DNA of 64,000 nt from a phage. Positions 39,456-50,023 of the stretch are shown here, piece after piece. The stretch lies in the NCBI GenBank assembly GCA_014816185.1, contig GCA_014816185.1_4095.1; one strand, given 5' to 3'. The notes beneath the pieces were generated by a model. That model saw only the letters and a program-made list of their open reading frames with translations, was not told the origin of the DNA and searched no databases. The stretch's first letter is position 1, and each line of letters begins with the position of its first letter. The position numbers and the translations under genes were made by a program.

Positions 39456-39527
39456 TGTATCCTCCAAATGTAAATCGTTATTATATTTAGGACAAAAAAA
39501 TGCCAGTACAAGGCACTGGCATAAAAT

Positions 39528-40697
39528 CTAAGCAGAAGGCATATCCTTCATCTTAATAAATGAAAATTGTGTACCAGTATTTGTGGTTTGATCAGTAAAA
39601 TATGAATTACTACCAGCCCAGTACAATTCATTATTAACTATACAATATATAACAGAACTCGAACTCTGTGAATACACACGACTTATATTTGATGGTTCTA
39701 CTCCAGTACTGAACTGAACCGAACCCAACTGTGAACTTGGTATCACATCAGTTGGTCTACCTAAACCATTAACACCAGCCCCACCACCACATGTATATAT
39801 CCCAGTACTATCAGTTGATATATTAACATAACCATTTCCAGCATTTTCAAATAGTATTTCACTGGGAACAACACCAAATCCTGTAAGATCTATTTTCCTG
39901 AATGTAGTATAAACCGTAGAACCGCCAACACCTCTTCCACCATAATCATTAGAACCAGCCATATAGATACTATATCCAGAACTTCCTAAACATAATAACT
40001 GTACGTTGTCATATAATATTTGCATAGATATAACGTTATCAGGAATACTCAATACCGTAAAAGTAGTTAAAGAAGAACTTCCAATATTACTACCAACCGA
40101 TGTTCCACATCTGTAGTACTTACCGCCCTTTATATAATGGAATGATGAACCACCTAATTTATGTGCTCCTATTGCACTTACCTCAGTATCTATGAGAATG
40201 GGAGATACAACTTTGTTATTAACACCTAACTCAGATCTACTGTTCATACCGAACCCATATAAACGACCATCTAACATCAATATTAGTGTACTACCGGAAG
40301 TACCCGCTGACGTAAATTCTATATTCTTTATTTGCGACACGTCAATACCTACAAATAATGAAGTTACTTCAGTCCAGTTAACATATGAACCACTAGCCCC
40401 AAAATATCCACCCATGTATAGACCTGCACAATATAATTTATTATCAACAGTCTTTATTAATGTACCGGATACACACGCCCAAAAATCATCAACTTCATAG
40501 GGTACATGTACCCAACCACCTAATACATCACTAGCATCCCCTGTACCTAATTTATAGTTCGAACCAGAACCACGCATGTACATATTCCCTGTACTATAAA
40601 GTAATCCGACATGTAATTGACTACCATCCAATTTCTTTATTTCAGGAAGAGTTGGTTTAATATTTCCGTACTTTAACATTCTTCCAAAAGGTAACAT
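39528..40697 (-). CDS. RCC1-like repeat protein, MLPF family
   Basis: Start set at conserved MLPFGRM (track ORF reads through the upstream cassette); AAGGAGG SD; GxNxxGQLG-type motifs. Confidence 0.7.
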   Translation of the reverse strand: MLPFGRMLKYGNIKPTLPEIKKLDGSQLHVGLLYSTGNMYMRGSGSNYKLGTGDASDVLGGWVHVPYEVDDFWACVSGTLIKTVDNKLYCAGLYMGGYFGASGSYVNWTEVTSLFVGIDVSQIKNIEFTSAGTSGSTLILMLDGRLYGFGMNSRSELGVNNKVVSPILIDTEVSAIGAHKLGGSSFHYIKGGKYYRCGTSVGSNIGSSSLTTFTVLSIPDNVISMQILYDNVQLLCLGSSGYSIYMAGSNDYGGRGVGGSTVYTTFRKIDLTGFGVVPSEILFENAGNGYVNISTDSTGIYTCGGGAGVNGLGRPTDVIPSSQLGSVQFSTGVEPSNISRVYSQSSSSVIYCIVNNELYWAGSNSYFTDQTTNTGTQFSFIKMKDMPSA

Positions 40698-40775
40698 AAT
40701 TCCTCCTTTATTCATTATACTATATTTAATACAAATAAGAAAGCCAGTACAAAGTACTGGCATAGTTTTATAGTA

Positions 40776-41885
40776 TTATTTCGGCATTGTAATTGCAGAC
40801 CATGAGTTCGTGGTAATAGGACCTGGTACATACAAAAAAGAACCACAAGCATAAATTTGATTATTACCATCAAATACTATACTAAAATGTGCACATGTGT
40901 ATAATGATGATTTTTCTGGGTTGTAATTATCTAAAGTTAGTGTATTGGTGAATCTACTCAAACCACCTCCCGAACCATTTCTACCAAATTCACCAGTACT
41001 GTATATCTTTCCTTCGGTTGTTGCGTACATATTAACATATGAAGTCGCACTTGATTTTGATATTTTATGTATCTTACTATCAATAGTAGTGGAGTTAAAT
41101 GCAAATGGATATACTTGTGTGTTCGTTGTAATACCGTTACCAAGTTGACCAATATACTGCCAACCTGCGTTGTATATATTGCTGGCTGAATAAGCAAGAG
41201 TACCAGTACTGTTACCACCAAATAGTTTAACACTTGTTAACCTGCTTACTAGTGTAGTATACTGTCCTGGACTTACGCCAAGTGAACCATACCCACTGCT
41301 CCCGCAACCGAGAAGTTCATTATTTGATGTTAATATTAATGTGTTATTCTGTGTACCCAATATATCAAGAACTGTATTAGCTCCGGTATTAATAACTGAA
41401 ACAAAAGTACTCTGAGCCGTGGAATACCCACCACCGAGTGAATAGTTACCATTCATGCCTCTACCATAAACAATCGAACCACTAGCATCAACGTAGTGCA
41501 TTGTATCTGCACCAATTGATATCATTTTAATATTAGATATATGTGGAAATGAAGAAGTAACATTCAAACCACCCAACGGAATCATAGTATTTCCTGTGCC
41601 TAATTGTGTGGTAACTCCATGCATTATGAATTCTTCACCCTTGAGATAAAGAATATTGTACGCCCCAGCCCATGCATCAGTAACACCTTCTGAAATTAAT
41701 ATCCAAGTATTTCTTGTTGCTGTATTTTCAACGTTTAACTGAAAATACGTATTAACCCCACAACCATAAAGTGAGCCATCACCATAGAGGACGTACAAAT
41801 TATCAAGACCGCACAGTACTTTCTTTATCTTTGGAGCTTCAGGTGCAATATTTCCGTACTTAATCATTCTAACAAAAGGTAACAT
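40776..41885 (-). CDS. RCC1-like repeat protein, MLPF family
   Basis: Start at MLPFVRM; motifs GVNTYFQLN and GWQYIGQLGNG. Confidence 0.7.
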   Translation of the reverse strand: MLPFVRMIKYGNIAPEAPKIKKVLCGLDNLYVLYGDGSLYGCGVNTYFQLNVENTATRNTWILISEGVTDAWAGAYNILYLKGEEFIMHGVTTQLGTGNTMIPLGGLNVTSSFPHISNIKMISIGADTMHYVDASGSIVYGRGMNGNYSLGGGYSTAQSTFVSVINTGANTVLDILGTQNNTLILTSNNELLGCGSSGYGSLGVSPGQYTTLVSRLTSVKLFGGNSTGTLAYSASNIYNAGWQYIGQLGNGITTNTQVYPFAFNSTTIDSKIHKISKSSATSYVNMYATTEGKIYSTGEFGRNGSGGGLSRFTNTLTLDNYNPEKSSLYTCAHFSIVFDGNNQIYACGSFLYVPGPITTNSWSAITMPK

Positions 41886-41956
41886 ATTTCCCTCCTTATT
41901 CATTATACTATATTTAATACAAATAAGAAAGCCAGTATCAAGTACTGGCCTATATT
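41886..41956 (-). promoter_or_regulatory. conserved terminator-promoter-SD cassette (representative)
   Basis: Minus-strand sense GCCAGTACTTGATACTGGC hairpin + TTTCTTATTTG, then ATATAGTATAATGAATAAGGAGGGAA + ATG; near-identical copies in 40698-40775, 42695-42765, 43909-43980, 45145-45216, 46405-46475, 47625-47695, 48836-48905, 51227-51297, degenerate at 39456-39527. Confidence 0.65.
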
Positions 41957-42694
41957 TTAGACTGAATTGTTAGGATAATATCTCCCACGTCCCCATATTA
42001 TTCGCACAGCACCACCACCAGCAGCCGTATAAGAAAAATTATCCCATATACTACCACCACCACCATACATCTTACCAGCACCACCACTACCAGCACCACC
42101 ATTATATGAACCATCGTATCTACCGCCAATACCATTAGCACCTTGAACAATGATACCAGTACCACCACCCGTACCAATGAACGAGGTATTATAGAATGCA
42201 CCACCACCACCGCCGCCCCCAGCACCATTTTCACCAGTGATTGCATCTCCGTTACCACCTTTACCAGTGTAGCCACCAGCACCACCACCAATGACTGCAC
42301 CACCACTTACACCAGCGTTGCCCCCATTACCACCACCATCATTAATAGCGTTAGCAGCTTTCCCACCTAGTCCACCAACCCTATATTCACCAGTGAAGCT
42401 AACACATAGTTTTTCAGTTCCACGATATAAACCGTTTTCAACTGGTGTAGTAGTGTTGGGATGTGTAAGAGAAACACTTAAGTACTCACCACTAGTAACC
42501 GGAATATTATTACGCCACGATAAGCCGCCACCAGCACCACGTTGACCACCCGGCGAAATAACACATACTGATATTTCGGTAACGCCAGCAGGAACTGTAA
42601 ATTGTGTTGTTCCTATTGTCGTGATTAATTGTTCACCATGTGGCTTATATTCAATTTTATTCCCGTACTTAACCATTCTTCCAAAAGGTAACAT
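41957..42694 (-). CDS. Gly-rich protein with MLPF N-terminus
   Basis: N-terminus MLPFGRMVKYGN; body is Gly-rich low complexity rather than RCC1 repeats. Confidence 0.65.
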   Translation of the reverse strand: MLPFGRMVKYGNKIEYKPHGEQLITTIGTTQFTVPAGVTEISVCVISPGGQRGAGGGLSWRNNIPVTSGEYLSVSLTHPNTTTPVENGLYRGTEKLCVSFTGEYRVGGLGGKAANAINDGGGNGGNAGVSGGAVIGGGAGGYTGKGGNGDAITGENGAGGGGGGGAFYNTSFIGTGGGTGIIVQGANGIGGRYDGSYNGGAGSGGAGKMYGGGGSIWDNFSYTAAGGGAVRIIWGRGRYYPNNSV

Positions 42695-42765
42695 AATTCC
42701 CCTCCTTATTCATTATACTATATTTAATACAAATAAGAAAGCCAGTATCAAGTACTGGCGTAATG

Positions 42766-43908
42766 TCAATAAGTATCCCAAGGTAATGGTGTCTTCCTAA
42801 ATCCATACCTGGTTGTGCTCGCACCATCACCAGCAATGTATCTACCTATACCACATTGGTATAACTCTGTACTACTACATATAGCACCACCTATAGTACC
42901 ACTACTCCACTGAATTATATTAGAATATGTTATTGGTAAATCACTACATTTAGTATATACAGCAACGGTAGAAGCACCACTAATACCACCAAACATACTT
43001 CGGTTAGCACCAGTGTAATATATACCATCTGGACTCATAAATGCAGAGGTGTAAGTTGTACTGCAATCCACTGGACTTCTTATTGTATTAAGATCGCCTG
43101 GGTATGTCCTGACACCAAAGGTGTATACATTACCATCAGTTGTAATACCATTACCTAACTGCCCACTGCTTTGTCCACCACATGTAAGCAACAATGCAGA
43201 ACCAGAAACAATTGCAGTAGCATTATACGAAGTACCCATTGCAATAGAAGCACCAGACAATAGTTTTGGTGTAACGATAGCTGTTGTATTACCCTGGCCT
43301 AATTCACCATTTGTGTTTCGTCCCCATGCGTATATAGAAGTTGTATCCAAGCGACATAGTACTGAACCATAACTAAACGTATATCGCATGTCATTTACAG
43401 CAGAAGGCAAATTAACCTTAGTTGCAACACTAATAACACCGCCAGTAACACCACTGTTTGCGTTCATGTTACGACCATATGCATATAAAGAACCATCTGA
43501 AGTTTTAATATGCATCATACCATCTGTGCAATATAATGCATCGATGCTATCCACCGCAACCGGACCCATACTGGCAGTTATATCGGTCCACCCAAGAGTA
43601 GTAGTACTAGAAATTAAGTTATTTCCTGCATATAGTATTCTATTATTATTAGTAACTACCACTGTATATCTAGCAGTAACTCCAATTAATCGAACATCAG
43701 TATATATCTTAGACCACGCACCTAGTGAATTTGTATTTGCATCCAAAAAGCCTAACTGCCCATCTGTATTGTATCCAATACCCCATGCATCACCTGCACT
43801 GTCCAATAACACTTCATGTGAAAAGCCAATCTTAAAATCTTTTATTGTAGGAACTACTGGAACTGGTGCTATATTCCCGTACTTAACCATTCTTGCAAAA
43901 GGTAACAT
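42766..43908 (-). CDS. RCC1-like repeat protein, MLPF family
   Basis: GYNTDGQLGF, GRNTNGELGQG, GGQSSGQLGNG. Confidence 0.75.
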   Translation of the reverse strand: MLPFARMVKYGNIAPVPVVPTIKDFKIGFSHEVLLDSAGDAWGIGYNTDGQLGFLDANTNSLGAWSKIYTDVRLIGVTARYTVVVTNNNRILYAGNNLISSTTTLGWTDITASMGPVAVDSIDALYCTDGMMHIKTSDGSLYAYGRNMNANSGVTGGVISVATKVNLPSAVNDMRYTFSYGSVLCRLDTTSIYAWGRNTNGELGQGNTTAIVTPKLLSGASIAMGTSYNATAIVSGSALLLTCGGQSSGQLGNGITTDGNVYTFGVRTYPGDLNTIRSPVDCSTTYTSAFMSPDGIYYTGANRSMFGGISGASTVAVYTKCSDLPITYSNIIQWSSGTIGGAICSSTELYQCGIGRYIAGDGASTTRYGFRKTPLPWDTY

Positions 43909-43980
43909 AATTCCCCTCCTTATTCATTATACTATATTTAATACAAATAAGAAAGCCAGTATCAAGTACTGGCATTCTTT

Positions 43981-45144
43981 TTAAAATGGTGAATCTATTA
44001 CAAATACTAAGCTATTAATACCACCATATGTGACATCAGCCCCAGTACTATATACAAAATTACCATCAGTTATATAAGTACGGTTATACCCACCTGACAT
44101 TTGTGATTTACTATAATCAAAACCATCAGGTACGATTGCTTTGGTATATACTAATGCGTTAGTAGATGTACCAACACCTAACATACCAGCTTGTGTTGAT
44201 TGGTTGTAGCCACAACAATATATACCATCTGTTGTAGCAATAACTTGGTTATAATATGAAGTATTATGGGCCATACTGAGTACATCACCTGGTGGCATTA
44301 GGGAAGCAGTTTGAACAGCAAATGCTCTTATATCAGTACTATTCACTCCATCTGCCTGTGCACCAAATCTTTTCGCCCCACCATTGGCAATTATGGTTTT
44401 TCCATTTGGATCAGTACCAATAGCCATCGCCATTGAATTGTTATTATTTACATAGTACTCGATATTAATTACACTCCTTAGACTCGTAGGAGCACTAGTG
44501 TATACTGTATATAGAGAAGTACCACTAGTGCTAATTGCATTGACACGGCCTGTATAGTATAACCAACCGTTAGCAGTAACATAACCATGCATTAGATTAC
44601 TTGCAAACAATTTAAATGGTAATTGGTCTTCTTCAGTAGAGACTGTGCTCTGGACGAATTTAGTATTAACGTTGTTAGTTGTTGTCCCATTACCTAACTG
44701 ACCTTCTGCCCCTGCCCCAGTACTCCATATTGTTCGATCTGAAAGTAATACACTTGTAGTCTGATTACTAACTGCCATATCTAATATTGGTAATGTTAAT
44801 GTATTGAATGTTGGCATAGCAGAAGTCCACACTGATACGGCTGCCCCTGTCATACCAACAGTAGTTGACGAACCACTGTACCATATTTCATTGTTGAATT
44901 TCTTAATAACCAAAGAAGTGGTACTTAACCAAAAATCTTCAACACCAGAAGTACTTAACGTCCATGTAGTAACGGTTTCTTTGTGACCTAAACCCAAAAG
45001 ACCATTTGAATTCTGACCACGTACATATAAATCCCCACTGCTTGTTAAAACTGCAACGTTGTAGTTATTGGCGAGTATTTTTTTAAATTTCGGTGGTGCT
45101 GGTGCTATATTCCCGTACTTAACCATTCTTGCAAAAGGTAACAT
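43981..45144 (-). CDS. RCC1-like repeat protein, MLPF family
   Basis: GQNSNGLLGLG, GAGAEGQLGNG; C-terminus LVFVIDSPF. Confidence 0.75.
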   Translation of the reverse strand: MLPFARMVKYGNIAPAPPKFKKILANNYNVAVLTSSGDLYVRGQNSNGLLGLGHKETVTTWTLSTSGVEDFWLSTTSLVIKKFNNEIWYSGSSTTVGMTGAAVSVWTSAMPTFNTLTLPILDMAVSNQTTSVLLSDRTIWSTGAGAEGQLGNGTTTNNVNTKFVQSTVSTEEDQLPFKLFASNLMHGYVTANGWLYYTGRVNAISTSGTSLYTVYTSAPTSLRSVINIEYYVNNNNSMAMAIGTDPNGKTIIANGGAKRFGAQADGVNSTDIRAFAVQTASLMPPGDVLSMAHNTSYYNQVIATTDGIYCCGYNQSTQAGMLGVGTSTNALVYTKAIVPDGFDYSKSQMSGGYNRTYITDGNFVYSTGADVTYGGINSLVFVIDSPF

Positions 45145-45216
45145 AATTCCCTCCTTTATTCATTATACTATATTTAATACAAAAAGAAAAGCCAGTACTG
45201 AGTACTGGCTATTATA

Positions 45217-46404
45217 TTATAATTGTCGGGGTGTATCTAGTACATATCTAGTTGTACTAGGACCACCATCATCATAAGTTCCGGTTGAATATATATTTTT
45301 CATATCAGTTAGAAATGTACGATATGAACCTCTATATATTTTTATTTTATCATACATAGAATATGTTATTTGTGTAGGCATTGGACATGCAGTAAACTTA
45401 CCAACAGTTGCACTAGTACCAATACCCAATGAACCAGCATAACTACTGGCATTTAAACCAGTTGCATATACACCAGTACTCGTAATTAGTATACTAGATT
45501 GTGGTGGGTATCCAGTATGAATTGAATACAAAGTACCGGGTGGTAACGTAGTACTGTTATTTCCTAAAACTCCATTAACAGAGCTAGATGTAGTGTTATT
45601 TCCCCATGCCCCATTATTAGCTAACCCACCGACAAGGAACTGACGTGCTCCTGTATTTGGATTTTCAACTAAAGCACTTACTGCACCAGTTGAGCATCCT
45701 GTGTATTGTAACGTTTTTGTGTATGTTGTACTTGGTTGATATAAAGTATATTCATTATATGAAGTCCATGTAGTCGCGGAACTTATACCGGATGTAACAC
45801 CACCAATATATAAATTATTTTGTTTATCAAACATCAATACACAGTTATTTGTTGACTGTATTTGTGCAATATCAACATTAGGTGTGACCGCTTTTACAAA
45901 TGAACCATCGGTTATTTCATAAGTAGTTCCCGTTCCATCGGCGAATTGTCTAGCACTGTTCCACCCTGTACTCCATATTGTATTATTATCCATTAATACC
46001 GTAAACCACGTAGTACCTCCATACATCTGTTTAATTGAAGTACTTGAACTTTGTGTGTACAAATTTTCAATATATTGGTTATAACTTAAAAACGTAGTAG
46101 TACTTGTTGGTAAACCAATATGAGAACCATATCCACAATAAAAATAATTTAAGTCATTGTCTTTTACTAATAAAGTTCCTTGTGTAAGCCAGCAATCGTT
46201 AACGTTTTCTCTAATTAATGTCCATGATTTTAATGCAGTGTTGTTTCCTCTACCGAATTTCCCAAAACTATTATTCCCACGTGCATATAGTTGACCATCC
46301 GTATACAGAACCACAACATCTAAATCAGTTGGGATTATTTTCTTAATTTGAAGTGGTACTGGGGCAATATTCCCATAATTCATCATTCTTGCAAAAGGTA
46401 ACAT
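45217..46404 (-). CDS. RCC1-like repeat protein, MLPF family
   Basis: N-terminus MLPFARMMNYGNIAP; repeat-rich Gly/Asn/Thr composition. Confidence 0.7.
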   Translation of the reverse strand: MLPFARMMNYGNIAPVPLQIKKIIPTDLDVVVLYTDGQLYARGNNSFGKFGRGNNTALKSWTLIRENVNDCWLTQGTLLVKDNDLNYFYCGYGSHIGLPTSTTTFLSYNQYIENLYTQSSSTSIKQMYGGTTWFTVLMDNNTIWSTGWNSARQFADGTGTTYEITDGSFVKAVTPNVDIAQIQSTNNCVLMFDKQNNLYIGGVTSGISSATTWTSYNEYTLYQPSTTYTKTLQYTGCSTGAVSALVENPNTGARQFLVGGLANNGAWGNNTTSSSVNGVLGNNSTTLPPGTLYSIHTGYPPQSSILITSTGVYATGLNASSYAGSLGIGTSATVGKFTACPMPTQITYSMYDKIKIYRGSYRTFLTDMKNIYSTGTYDDGGPSTTRYVLDTPRQL

Positions 46405-46475
46405 AAATTCCTCCTTTATTCATTATACTATATTTAATACAAATAAGAAAGCCAGTATCAAGTACTGGCATTAAA

Positions 46476-47624
46476 TCATTGTATAAATGACATATCAACT
46501 TCTGTATAACTAAGAATGTTTTGTCCAGCAATTCCCCCCATTACTACCATAGCATACCCACAATAATATAATTGCTCAGTGTCCGTAAGTATAAGTGAAC
46601 CAGATGGAGTGCGTACCAAATTACACGAACTATTAAACGAAGTATACGAAGGAGTATATGAGTACTGATTAATATTATTACCAACACCTAATTGACCAAA
46701 TCCATTCGACCCAGATGCGTATAGAACTTCATCACCTTTAGCTATATGTGATGCCATGTTACTAACACACGTATATAGAGTATAAACTCCTGAACTCAAT
46801 AATGTCGGAGTTTTGTATTGTATATCGGTAGATGAAGAAGTACCACCTGTGCCAAATTCGTTCCCGTATTGTGCACCGAACTGTTTACCACAAGCGTACA
46901 AATTATTATCCGATTTAATAAAAAATGTACTTTGATAACTTACATCAAAATCTATAACATCCGAAGCAATCATCGTCACCCCAGTAATAGAAGTTTGATT
47001 ACCTGTACCTAACTGATAGTAATAGTTAAAACCACAACCCCATAAAGTATTATCTTCTTTTAGGTATATGTTACCAACTGCCTTTTTAACCGAAGTTATA
47101 GTATCTACCCTTTTGAATGTGTTAAAAGAATTAATGTTTGTACCATCACCAAATGATGATAGGTTCGAGTTATTGTTAACTCCACAACAATACAACGTAC
47201 CATCGTTTGTTATCAAATTCACCTTCATATCATTAAAACTACTCATGTATTTTATATCAGAAACATTAATACCACCTGATGTTATCCACGTAGTACAGTC
47301 CGTCCACAAAGTTTTTGTATCAGTTACACCAGTGAATGCCTTCGTGTTACCAGTGATAAAAACTTTTCCAGTACCTTTCTCTTCATACAATTGACAACTA
47401 CTACTGTTATCTTCCAATAGAACTCGTTTAACATTCTCCGCACAAAGAATAAATTTACTCGATGCTACACCTGTACCAGTACCCCAATTCGTCGCAGAAG
47501 ATGCATACAACTTATTAGTATAAGTATCATGAAGATACATAGAATCACTTGAATATATTTTAAAACGCCTATCCTTACCAGGGGCAATATTCCCATAATT
47601 CATCATTCTTACAAAAGGTAACAT
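46476..47624 (-). CDS. RCC1-like repeat protein, MLPF family
   Basis: GFNYYYQLGTG, GSNGFGQLGVG. Confidence 0.75.
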   Translation of the reverse strand: MLPFVRMMNYGNIAPGKDRRFKIYSSDSMYLHDTYTNKLYASSATNWGTGTGVASSKFILCAENVKRVLLEDNSSSCQLYEEKGTGKVFITGNTKAFTGVTDTKTLWTDCTTWITSGGINVSDIKYMSSFNDMKVNLITNDGTLYCCGVNNNSNLSSFGDGTNINSFNTFKRVDTITSVKKAVGNIYLKEDNTLWGCGFNYYYQLGTGNQTSITGVTMIASDVIDFDVSYQSTFFIKSDNNLYACGKQFGAQYGNEFGTGGTSSSTDIQYKTPTLLSSGVYTLYTCVSNMASHIAKGDEVLYASGSNGFGQLGVGNNINQYSYTPSYTSFNSSCNLVRTPSGSLILTDTEQLYYCGYAMVVMGGIAGQNILSYTEVDMSFIQ

Positions 47625-47695
47625 ATTTCCCTCCTTTATTCATTATACTATATTTAATACAAATAAGAAAGCCAGTACAGTGTACTGGCATTATA

Positions 47696-48835
47696 TTATT
47701 TCCACGGTAGAAGTGAATCAGGAACCCTTGTTGGTACAGTAGTTGAAGACATTCCAGTAAGATTGGGTACACCACATGTGTATAAATTATTATATTCGTC
47801 AACTAACATCGTATAAGAATAGCTCTTACAAAAACTACTAAGATTACTACCTTCTAATGCAGTAAGATCCATTTCAGCGAATGATGTTATATACATATCA
47901 GTTGTACCAATACCACATTGACCATTTGAATTAAGGCCACATGAAAATAACTTATTATTATTATTAATTATACAGGATGGTCCGGTAAGGTTTGTCCCAA
48001 GCTCACCCACCAACTCCACTTCTCCTTGGAATGATAAATTTGGAATTAATGTACTCATTGGGGCTACTGACCTATTTCCTGTACCTGCTTGTCCATAGTC
48101 GTTAATAGATGCAACTTTAACATTACCATCATTAAGAAATATATAAGAAGTTTCATTTGTATTGACTGCTTTAATTGCATTACTAATCGAAGTATCTTGT
48201 GTAAATGTGAGCAAGTTTTGTGTCGTCGTTCCTGATACAAACGTTCTACCTGCATACCAATATGAACCATCATTTAGTACTAATCCAGTACTATATATTG
48301 CACAACCAGCACTGATAACATTTTCTATTGTACTATAGGTGAATCGTGAAACGCTTGAAGTTGATCCATTCCCAAAAACACCACCAGTACCAGCACCACA
48401 GTAGAACCACTTTCCATTTTTTAAAAATACACGCATACACGAAGATATCACAACACTATCAATATCATCTGCACTGACACCGAAATCAGTAAAGTTCTGT
48501 GTTATATCAACCCAAACGCCGTTAGTGTTTGAAGATAGTATTGGAATAACAGTACGTCTACCAGTGTACCAAATAGTACCATCTTTCTTTATAGCAATTG
48601 TTCCTTGTACCCCACCCCAATATCGTGTAACATTTGAGTTGACAAGAGTCCATTCAGTTGAAGAGTCCAATGAACCATTACCACTTTGTCCATATGCTGA
48701 AGAACCAAACCAATATAGATTGCCATTTGTGTGTAAATAAAATTTGGCATCAGCAGAACATTGTAACCTGTTTTTAGGTAGAATCAGTTCAGGTGCGATA
48801 TTCCCGTACTTAACCATTCTTGCAAAAGGTAACAT
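47696..48835 (-). CDS. RCC1-like repeat protein, MLPF family
   Basis: Start set at MLPFARM (track ORF extends into cassette); GLNSNGQCGIG. Confidence 0.7.
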   Translation of the reverse strand: MLPFARMVKYGNIAPELILPKNRLQCSADAKFYLHTNGNLYWFGSSAYGQSGNGSLDSSTEWTLVNSNVTRYWGGVQGTIAIKKDGTIWYTGRRTVIPILSSNTNGVWVDITQNFTDFGVSADDIDSVVISSCMRVFLKNGKWFYCGAGTGGVFGNGSTSSVSRFTYSTIENVISAGCAIYSTGLVLNDGSYWYAGRTFVSGTTTQNLLTFTQDTSISNAIKAVNTNETSYIFLNDGNVKVASINDYGQAGTGNRSVAPMSTLIPNLSFQGEVELVGELGTNLTGPSCIINNNNKLFSCGLNSNGQCGIGTTDMYITSFAEMDLTALEGSNLSSFCKSYSYTMLVDEYNNLYTCGVPNLTGMSSTTVPTRVPDSLLPWK

Positions 48836-48905
48836 ATTCCCTCCTTTATTTGTTATACTATATTTAATACAAATAAGAAAGCCAGTACTCTGTACTGGCA
48901 TTATG

Positions 48906-50015
48906 TTATTTTGGTAAATCAATTTTAGTAAAGACTGCAACATCCTCGATTGCACCTGGAATGGCGTAATACGATCCAGTACTATACACATCTCCATTTT
49001 TGGTTAATATCGATGTCAAACCATCACTAAAAAGAACATCCCTAATCTCACTAACTTCAACGGGTAATTGTAAATTGGTAGCACTATATATAGCACCAGT
49101 TTGAGAATTGTTTAATCCCAAACCACGGTTCGCCCCAACACCCTTCTGATATGTACTAGTAATTACCATTTGTGTAGCAGTATTTAAGGCAGGTGAATTC
49201 GTCATAAACAACGGAGAACTATTAGGCAAAGTACTTAAAGGAACTGCACGGAATGTAGTCGTACCTGAACTAAGAAAGTTTGGAGTTTGACCACATACGA
49301 AATATGATGTACCATTATAGTAATTTAATGCATTACCACCAATGGCTGCATCGATTACACCAGAACTACGCAATCCCCAAGTGTTAATTTGTGTTTGGTT
49401 CCCCGTACCATGCTGCCCACTACTATTCCATCCAGAACTATATAGCTTATTATCTAATGTAAGATACATACTATCATTCGCATTGGTCATTACTTTACGA
49501 ACGTTCGTAGCACATTGAGTTAATGTGTAAATTGATGATGAACCAATACCCAAAGAACCACGATATCCATTATCTCCTGCACCATAGAGTACTGAATTAG
49601 TGCTAAGTACAAATATTAAACCATTTGTACATACAATATTAGCAATTTCACTTACTGGTATAGCATTGGTAAACCAATTAGTTCTTTCAACTAATACAGT
49701 ACTGTAAGAAGTAGTTGTAGAAGATGAGAACCAGTACGTTTGACCTGATGTCCATATCGTATTATCATTTTTAATAATAACAAGTGTACGATCACCCACG
49801 AAAAAATTAGAAACATCTGCACTTACTAATGTCCACGAAGACACCGTGTTGGTATTACCATTTCCAGATTCACCACCTTGATTTCTACCTATGTAATATA
49901 AATCATGTGAATCAGTCAATAAGAATTGGCCTTGGGTAGAAGCACCAACTTTAATTATTTTTTTAGGACCAGGGACAATATTTCCATACATAATCATTCT
50001 TCCAAAAGGTAACAT
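48906..50015 (-). CDS. RCC1-like repeat protein, MLPF family
   Basis: Start at MLPFGRM; GWNSSGQHGTG; only 8 nt from upstream gene stop, no cassette. Confidence 0.7.
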   Translation of the reverse strand: MLPFGRMIMYGNIVPGPKKIIKVGASTQGQFLLTDSHDLYYIGRNQGGESGNGNTNTVSSWTLVSADVSNFFVGDRTLVIIKNDNTIWTSGQTYWFSSSTTTSYSTVLVERTNWFTNAIPVSEIANIVCTNGLIFVLSTNSVLYGAGDNGYRGSLGIGSSSIYTLTQCATNVRKVMTNANDSMYLTLDNKLYSSGWNSSGQHGTGNQTQINTWGLRSSGVIDAAIGGNALNYYNGTSYFVCGQTPNFLSSGTTTFRAVPLSTLPNSSPLFMTNSPALNTATQMVITSTYQKGVGANRGLGLNNSQTGAIYSATNLQLPVEVSEIRDVLFSDGLTSILTKNGDVYSTGSYYAIPGAIEDVAVFTKIDLPK

Positions 50016-50023
50016 ATTCCCTC

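Noticed and set aside
41998-42545. Several plus- and minus-strand ORFs inside the Gly-rich gene
   Set aside because: Low-complexity repeat sequence generates open frames in many phases; the MLPF-headed frame is the supported one.
46343-46531. Track ORF of 62 aa on the minus strand (and a similar one at 47575-47802)
   Set aside because: These are out-of-frame readings through the conserved intergenic cassette and the 5' end of the neighbouring array gene; the real start is the MLPF methionine.
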